Assembly (NCBI GenBank): GCA_964387845.1
Contig: CAYLXA010000001.1
Coordinates: 345,038-409,037 of the forward strand
Length of the DNA: 64,000 bases
From: an uncultured bacterium
GTDB taxonomy: Bacteria; Omnitrophota; Omnitrophia; Omnitrophales; Abzuiibacteriaceae
Direction: 5' to 3'
Shown here: positions 58,214-64,000 of the stretch, piece after piece
Numbering within the stretch: position 1 is the stretch's first letter
Layout: each line of letters opens with the position of its first letter
Position numbers and translations under genes: made by a program
Notes under the pieces: generated by a model
Told to the model about the DNA's origin: nothing
Database searches by the model: none
What the model saw: the letters and a program-made list of their open reading frames with translations, nothing else

Positions 58214-59506
58214 ATGGTGAGACAAATGAAGAAAAAAATCATGAGGAAGAAGGCAAGGTTAAACCAGAAAGGCGTAGCGCTGATCTGGGTTTATCTGCTT
58301 TCTGCCTTTTTAACCACCATGATTTATAGTTTTTATAGTTTGAATATTTGGCAAACCAGAACCGATGTGGTGGACTCATCGGCTGAAATTCAAGCCTTTT
58401 ACTTGGCGGAAGCAGCGGTCGATGACATGTACAAATATATTAATGATCAAACAGAGGACGGCGCCGCAATTAGCACCACGATAAATCGCGGGCCTTATAA
58501 CCTGGGAACTAGCGGAACCTATTCGTCAACTTATGATCCAACGAACAGCATTGTTAATGCAATCGGAACTGTTTCTATCGGAAGCGGGACAATTACCAAG
58601 AAACTCTTCACAAAAATTGTTATCGGTACCCCTTATGATATTCCACCGGGAGTTCAAGCCGGCATTACTGCAGGTTCTGCAGTAGAGTTGGCCGGACTCT
58701 TGGTGGTTGACGGTCGCAATCACGATGCTGCCGGTGAAGCCATTGAAGACGGAATCCCGGGCGTTGTTTATTATGAAAATTCGGATGGCCTTACTTACGA
58801 TGATTATGTCGGCGTCGGCGGGCCCTCCACGTTGCCCAACGAACCCGGTAACCCTATTGATCCGACATCAATATCGCCAACGCCCTCGAATGCAAATTTG
58901 ACATCGCCGGAAGCCGTCTTCGGACTTTCAAACGGTGATTTGGATGCTTATAAACATTCCACCGCACCCACTTCGCCGGTGGACGGAGTTTTTTATTATG
59001 AAGCACCGCTCGGGAGTGGCGGAACCATCGATATTGACTTGGGCAGTTCGGAAACTCCGGGTTCAGGCGTACTTGTTCTTGACAACCTTCAAAACCCAAC
59101 TGCAACCGTTAATTTGACAGGTACTTTTAATGGATTGGTTATTGTTCGGGACGGCAATTACAATCTGGCTGCTGACACTTTGGTGGCTGGTGCGCTCGTG
59201 AATGTTTCAGCAAGCGCTTCCACAGTTGTTTTGTCCGGCCCTGCTTACGATCCGGATGGGAAAAATGGTGTAGCACGAATTTTGTACTGTGTCCAATGCA
59301 TCGAAGCAACAGAATTGCCCGAAGGGCTTAATAATTCTACCGTTGCGGGGATTGGTTCTTGGGTTAATTTCAGAAATGCAACAACATCCAATCCTCTTGT
59401 TTACATACCAGCATCAACACCAGGCGGAACCACCGGAACCGTCGCTGGTGGCGGCACTCTCGGAGGCGGCGGAGCCATGGGTGCATCCGGGCTTAGCGGA
59501 AAATAA
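58214..59506 (+). CDS. PilX-N-domain protein (type IV pilus minor pilin / tip-associated, adhesin-like)
   Basis: N-terminus QKGVALIWVYLLSAFLTTMIYSF resembles the PilX_N pattern (RG-x-ALI-hydrophobic). The rest is G/T/S/N/P-rich with no transmembrane helices; 430 aa. Confidence 0.55.
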   Translation: MVRQMKKKIMRKKARLNQKGVALIWVYLLSAFLTTMIYSFYSLNIWQTRTDVVDSSAEIQAFYLAEAAVDDMYKYINDQTEDGAAISTTINRGPYNLGTSGTYSSTYDPTNSIVNAIGTVSIGSGTITKKLFTKIVIGTPYDIPPGVQAGITAGSAVELAGLLVVDGRNHDAAGEAIEDGIPGVVYYENSDGLTYDDYVGVGGPSTLPNEPGNPIDPTSISPTPSNANLTSPEAVFGLSNGDLDAYKHSTAPTSPVDGVFYYEAPLGSGGTIDIDLGSSETPGSGVLVLDNLQNPTATVNLTGTFNGLVIVRDGNYNLAADTLVAGALVNVSASASTVVLSGPAYDPDGKNGVARILYCVQCIEATELPEGLNNSTVAGIGSWVNFRNATTSNPLVYIPASTPGGTTGTVAGGGTLGGGGAMGASGLSGK

Positions 59507-59784
59507 TTATCTTAACCGTCACAACCTAAATTTCCTTCTAAGAGCATGATCGTTCTGCCTGTTCTATTGTCAGCGATTTATTTCGATACCATCAATCATA
59601 TCTAACGGCTTTCTTGCCAAAATTAGACCTCGCTATTTCTTAATCTACGCAATTCTAATAATCATAACATTGCTTTAATAAAGGACTTACATTGGCTTCA
59701 CAATTTGCAAAGCGTAAAGCACGTAGTTACACTTTATATATAAGATAAAAAGCCGTATTTTAAGAACAGGTCGTTGGCGAGGAT

Positions 59785-60255
59785 TTGGCAGTGAAACAGC
59801 AAGGTTACCGAATCATGAAAAACTTGAAGAACGGCGAAAGCGGAACAACATTGATGGAAGTCCTTTTTGCACTTTCGATATTCTCTATTATCCTGATCGC
59901 GGTTGCCAGTGCATTCAATTTCGGTGCAGCCATGAACGCATCTGCCAAAAACAAAATTCTGGTTGCCACCGACGCCAAAAAAATCATGGAGCAAGTCCGC
60001 ATGGTTGCTGATTCTGTTAGTTTGGACGCAGTAACCGACGCAGACTATTGGAAAAATGTCAGCCAAACCGGCTGGCTCCAAACCGAAGTTTTTTCTTCAT
60101 CATCGCTGCCGTCCATTAATATGAATGTCACATTTCCGGAAGGAACTTCAGGTGATCCTTTATATGTTCTCGTAACGATTACTTGGGCGGAGAAAAACGG
60201 GACCAAAACCTATACGCTCCACAATAAAATCACCAAAAGGGTTCTTTTGTCATGA
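59785..60255 (+). CDS. type IV pilin-like / pseudopilin (prepilin N-terminal methylation motif)
   Basis: G-TTLMEVLFALSIFSIILIAV: Glu at +5 and a hydrophobic helix, the class III signal peptide. The start is likely the internal ATG at 59815 or the GTG at 59791. Confidence 0.7.
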   Translation: MAVKQQGYRIMKNLKNGESGTTLMEVLFALSIFSIILIAVASAFNFGAAMNASAKNKILVATDAKKIMEQVRMVADSVSLDAVTDADYWKNVSQTGWLQTEVFSSSSLPSINMNVTFPEGTSGDPLYVLVTITWAEKNGTKTYTLHNKITKRVLLS

Positions 60256-60821
60256 CAACGATACGCCGCTCTTTGATGCTCAATGAGCGTGGCTTTACAA
60301 TTTTCGAAACCTTCACCAGCATTGCTTTATTGATGTTTTTGACTGTTGTCATTTTTGGCGCTATCAAGTTATCAAGGCTCATTTTTGATCAGAGCCTCAT
60401 CAATGTTGATGTGCACGGAAATTTAAAAAGAACCGTCGCCGTTATGACACGCGACTTAGAAGAGGCTAAGCAAGGAATCCCCGGCAGCATGGGATCCTGC
60501 AACATAGATAACCCTTCCAATGTGTGCGTGCAATCAGCTGCTCTGTCTTTTAAAGTCCCAGAGTCAACCGATGTAGGTGGCACCACTTATTACAAAACAA
60601 TTAAGTATACATTCAGTTCCGTTAATAAAACAATCTCCCGCCAAGAAATCAATTATTCCGGAACGGCAGGAACAACGATTGTCATAGGCCGAAATATTAC
60701 CGGCGCAACTTTTTATGCTGAGTCTCTTCTCAATATGATTAAAATTAGCTTGGTCGGCTCAAAAAATAGCTCAACACCAACGACTGTCACAACCCAAGTT
60801 TTCCTTAGAAATAAATCGTAA
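60252..60821 (+). CDS. type IV pilin-like / pseudopilin
   Basis: ERG-FTIFETFTSIALLMFLTVVIF is the classic GFTxxE prepilin motif. 4-nt overlap with the upstream pilin gene. Confidence 0.7.
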   Translation: MTTIRRSLMLNERGFTIFETFTSIALLMFLTVVIFGAIKLSRLIFDQSLINVDVHGNLKRTVAVMTRDLEEAKQGIPGSMGSCNIDNPSNVCVQSAALSFKVPESTDVGGTTYYKTIKYTFSSVNKTISRQEINYSGTAGTTIVIGRNITGATFYAESLLNMIKISLVGSKNSSTPTTVTTQVFLRNKS

Positions 60822-60826
60822 AGCCC

Positions 60827-61789
60827 ATGAGTTCTTACCGATGGATAGTTCTTTTAGCTCTCGTGGCAACCCTTTGCCTTGAACTGCCCATCTCGGCTGA
60901 AATCAGCGATACAAAACAAGGAAAATTGATTTACACCCTGAAAAACCAGGAAGCCCCGCTTGCGGAACGTAAAACAGCTGTTCAAGAATTAGCAGCCAAT
61001 CCAACCGATGAAAGCCGGCTTATTTTTATTGAAATTCTGGAAGACCAAAATCAATCCCGAATTATTCACCAGCATATCGCTTCGGCGATCATTGCTCAAA
61101 ACGACGCCGATTTCTTTAACATACTCAAGAAAAAGCTGGTCGAAAAGAAAACGGGTTCTTATTTGCGTGAGGTCAGCCTTTCCATTCTCTGGCGCCACAA
61201 TTCAGAATCGATTTTACCGATGATTCTCGCCTTGGTGCAGGATCCATTCGAAACTTTATCTTTCCGCTCAATCGTCATCCGCTATCTAATACCCGTTGCC
61301 GGAAAACCGGAAGTTAAGGAAGTTTTGTCTAATATGATTAAAGACTCAAATGAATTACTCGCAATTAAAAAATTGGCCTCCAATGTTTTAGCCAAGAGCG
61401 GTGACCGAAATGCTTTTTTGAATATTTATCAAGATATCGCGTTTGACCGTACGCGCACCGTCAAAGAAAGAGAGGAAGCTTTGAGGAAATTCGAAGCGGA
61501 GGGGCCGGCTATTTTGGAAGAACGTTTATTCAAAATTCTTGACGATAAAAATGAAACAACCGAAATGAAAAGAATCGCATTTGAAAAGCTTTCTACCGAT
61601 CAGAACCGGGCGCGGACTATTCTGCCTCAATTAAAACGGCTGGAAAGAATGGGCCCGCTCGTAGGTATTGATGACGCGCTTCGTGAAGATCTGCGCCGTT
61701 GGATAGAAAAAACAGAAGAAGAAATCAGGGTAAGTTCCGGCCAAGAAGGCCAAGAACCTCCGGATCCGATGACAGGCCAGCCGCTATAG
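60827..61789 (+). CDS. secreted HEAT/PBS-lyase-like repeat protein
   Basis: Signal peptide MSSYRWIVLLALVATLCLELPISA. Repeated ~30-aa alpha-helical units (ERKTAVQELAANP..., IASAIIAQND..., KKLASNVLAKSGD...). Confidence 0.5.
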   Translation: MSSYRWIVLLALVATLCLELPISAEISDTKQGKLIYTLKNQEAPLAERKTAVQELAANPTDESRLIFIEILEDQNQSRIIHQHIASAIIAQNDADFFNILKKKLVEKKTGSYLREVSLSILWRHNSESILPMILALVQDPFETLSFRSIVIRYLIPVAGKPEVKEVLSNMIKDSNELLAIKKLASNVLAKSGDRNAFLNIYQDIAFDRTRTVKEREEALRKFEAEGPAILEERLFKILDDKNETTEMKRIAFEKLSTDQNRARTILPQLKRLERMGPLVGIDDALREDLRRWIEKTEEEIRVSSGQEGQEPPDPMTGQPL

Positions 61790-61790
61790 A

Positions 61791-63476
61791 TTAAAGATAA
61801 ATTGACTCGCTGGCTTCCTGCCACCAGGTTTTCGGCTCAATCTCAACGCCAATCGGCCCATAAGGAGGCGGATTGGTCTTCAAAGACACATCGTAAGCCC
61901 AATTGCGGGCCGGGGCCGTATAATTGTTTCCGCCGTATGACCATTGCCCGGTTGCGACTTGGCTGTCCCACAAATTAATGAATGCGCCGCTGATATTGGC
62001 ATTGCGGCCGCTCCAATTCTCGAGAAATCTGGGATAATTCTCAAGCCCTCCGCTATACACTGAACCGCTCGTTTGGACAATGCCGCTGATAAACCCCGCA
62101 TTTACCGTCGTGTCGGTCGCATTGCGGTTGCTGAAGCTGGTATTGGCATCACTCCAATTATTGGATAAAATATTCATAGCATCGGAAATTAACCCAACCG
62201 ATTTTTTATTGACCGTATTAAAATCACCCTGTACATACAACGGATTGTTGGTCACAACCGCCAAACCTCCGGCATATCCAGAAGGGCCGATTTCGGAACC
62301 ATTGACGAGCCGAATCCCGTGAGAGGAAGCGGTGCTTTGCCCGGTTGCCGGAACGGCATCTGTCCTGGTTGCGTAAATCAATCCGTTAGACGGGAAATAG
62401 CCGGAAGCATTTAACTTTTGAATGTCAATCTGTGTGACAATCACATTATGCGAAGCATTTTCTCGGTAATTGCGAAACTGCATCTGCGACACAGTTCCTG
62501 CCGGAAGCGAGCCCGTAATGTTTGTACCGCTTGAATTGTAAACCTGGCCGTCGATCACCCGCAAGCCGGCATGCGTATCATAAAACCCGCCGGGCTGGAT
62601 TGACGGAATTGTAACAGGCTGCACATATTGAACGCCGTGCGGTGCGCTCTGCACCGTTCCGCTCCAAGTGGAGGTTGCCAGATTGGCCCAGTTGGCGTTT
62701 GTGCTATCGAGTCTGGGACTTGTGGTCATCACCGGAAAATTGGTGGTACTTCCCTGTTTAATTCTTACGGTTCCGGCAGGCATGACACTGGGATCATCCT
62801 TACGCGCACGCGAAAAATCATGGGTAGCATGGATAGAATTAACATCCAGCGTTAACGTCCTCCCAGATTCGGCGCCGAGATGGATGTTGCCGTTGGCGTG
62901 CATATCTCCGGTCATCGTCATATTGGCGCCAGGCTGGACTTCTAAATCCGAATTGTAAAAAACGGAATACGAAAAAATACTCGTTTGTTTGAGTGAAGCA
63001 ATTTGATGCACGGTTGAGCTTGCCTGAATCGGGAAAAGCGACGCCAGAGCACTATTGTCCGGATGGCTGGATCTGACAATTACCTCAAAATCCTGGACAA
63101 CCTTTTGAAAGCCGCTTTCTGAAAGCAAATAGGTCGGGCATTGGCTTAAAGTAGTTGAAGGATTTGTCGGCGGTGCACAAACTACCCGGTAAAACCCGGA
63201 CGTAACGCCGTCAGCGTAAGTAAATTGATACTCCTGGTTGGGCGCAATGCTGTTTAAATCAAAATTGGCAATCCGGTCCGCCAAATGAAAAAGCGCACGC
63301 TCCATCACGCCCTGGCTGGTGTGATAAGAAGCGACTTTCATTTGATTATAACGCTGCATCCGGACTTCCTGAATCTGCTGAATGAGGGAAACCGCGGCAA
63401 AACTTTCCAGAACGGCCCCCAACAAAACGACTGATATTAATACGAACCCGCCCTTTTCATTTTGGACCTGTCTCAT
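61791..63476 (-). CDS. large PilX-N-like N-terminus, S/T/N/G-rich putative pilus-associated adhesin
   Basis: Start refined to MRQVQNEKGGFVLISVVLLGAVL. About 560 aa, low-complexity extracellular-type composition. Confidence 0.45.
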   Translation of the reverse strand: MRQVQNEKGGFVLISVVLLGAVLESFAAVSLIQQIQEVRMQRYNQMKVASYHTSQGVMERALFHLADRIANFDLNSIAPNQEYQFTYADGVTSGFYRVVCAPPTNPSTTLSQCPTYLLSESGFQKVVQDFEVIVRSSHPDNSALASLFPIQASSTVHQIASLKQTSIFSYSVFYNSDLEVQPGANMTMTGDMHANGNIHLGAESGRTLTLDVNSIHATHDFSRARKDDPSVMPAGTVRIKQGSTTNFPVMTTSPRLDSTNANWANLATSTWSGTVQSAPHGVQYVQPVTIPSIQPGGFYDTHAGLRVIDGQVYNSSGTNITGSLPAGTVSQMQFRNYRENASHNVIVTQIDIQKLNASGYFPSNGLIYATRTDAVPATGQSTASSHGIRLVNGSEIGPSGYAGGLAVVTNNPLYVQGDFNTVNKKSVGLISDAMNILSNNWSDANTSFSNRNATDTTVNAGFISGIVQTSGSVYSGGLENYPRFLENWSGRNANISGAFINLWDSQVATGQWSYGGNNYTAPARNWAYDVSLKTNPPPYGPIGVEIEPKTWWQEASESIYL

Positions 63477-63495
63477 GACGAAGCCCTCCTTTTGG

Positions 63496-64000
63496 TCAAT
63501 TCCTGACCTGCACAATATTCGATAATGTCAAAGAATGAGTCCTGTTTTCAGTAGTCGTCGTTTTTTGTGCGGTTAAGCCAATCTCAATTTCATCTGCATT
63601 CAAATTAACATTCATCGTGTTGTCCCGAAATAAAACGGTTTGAATATGATTCCCCACAATCCGGCCCGCTTCGCTTGGTGTCGAGACAATCAGTTGAGAA
63701 ATTCCATTCGCCGTAGAAACTGAATACGTATAAGTACGGCGGCAGATGTTATTAACGCACAAATTGGTTCCGGGGGTACTATTGCATTGATTGTCGCAAT
63801 CAATACTGTTTGAGCATGTCTGCGGCGCGGTTCCGCTTGTCACATCGGCAAATGCCGAGCAAGCTGCACCCGATAAAAAGAGCGGTAAATCCAGCGTGAT
63901 TTGATTATTGTTTGGCGATGCCGGGATGGTGATGGTTGACCGGCGTGCTTTTCTGAGCGCAACCGTCACAGACTGGAGCGCGCGCCTTGCATTTCTTTGA
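63496..64000 (-). CDS. partial secreted Cys-rich protein (N-terminus beyond window edge), part of the pilin-like cluster
   Basis: The ORF-track M at 63969 is a GTG, and the frame stays open to position 64000. Cys-rich segment CSNSIDCDNQCNSTPGTNLCVNNIC. Confidence 0.35.
   Translation of the reverse strand, partial: QRNARRALQSVTVALRKARRSTITIPASPNNNQITLDLPLFLSGAACSAFADVTSGTAPQTCSNSIDCDNQCNSTPGTNLCVNNICRRTYTYSVSTANGISQLIVSTPSEAGRIVGNHIQTVLFRDNTMNVNLNADEIEIGLTAQKTTTTENRTHSLTLSNIVQVRN

Noticed and set aside
58016-58225. 69-aa minus-strand ORF in the queD / pilX-like intergenic region
   Set aside because: It lies antisense to a region better explained by a promoter, a GEMM-I riboswitch and a terminator. 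No RBS and no homology.

Overview
This is a bacterial chromosomal window of about 50% GC, dense with housekeeping genes and mostly minus-strand operons. Coordinates refine the ORF track where a signal peptide or ribosome-binding site (RBS) supports a different start.

Main content:
- 1-9.6 kb: a System II cytochrome-c biogenesis pair (resB-ccsA) beside four multiheme-cytochrome and beta-barrel genes. This looks like an extracellular electron-transfer conduit.
- 9.9-23 kb: a cold-shock protein, a fused Memo1-AMMECR1 gene, aconitase, dinB, a dihydrouridine synthase, a transporter, glycogen phosphorylase, isocitrate dehydrogenase and an inositol monophosphatase.
- 24-36 kb: aceB-aceA (glyoxylate shunt), pepA, rpmB, recJ, and a queA-tgt-yajC-secDF operon.
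- One tRNA-Arg(CCG) at 36315-36388.
- 36.5-42 kb: SpoIID-like, peptidoglycan-binding, TrmI-like and Ski2-type helicase genes.
- 42.0-44.85 kb: a strongly AT-rich, apparently foreign islet. It holds a 511-aa polytopic membrane protein and a regulator combining a helix-turn-helix (HTH) DNA-binding domain, a GHKL-type ATPase domain and a STAS-like domain, with a triple direct repeat upstream.
- 44.85-58 kb: HAD phosphatase, maf, TPR, DUF59, cyclophilin, gpmA, a large membrane protein, addB-addA and queD.
- 58-64 kb: a cluster of type IV pilin-like and PilX-N genes. It is preceded by what reads as a c-di-GMP-I (GEMM) riboswitch with an intrinsic terminator directly against the first start codon.

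The window also carries at least four families of long intergenic hairpin repeats, with 2-3 copies of three families inside 64 kb. I found no CRISPR array, rRNA, or transposase/integrase.

Hunt results, in order of interest: the riboswitch-controlled pilin cluster, the porin-cytochrome-like locus, the low-GC membrane-protein/regulator islet with its iterated operator, and the hairpin repeat families.
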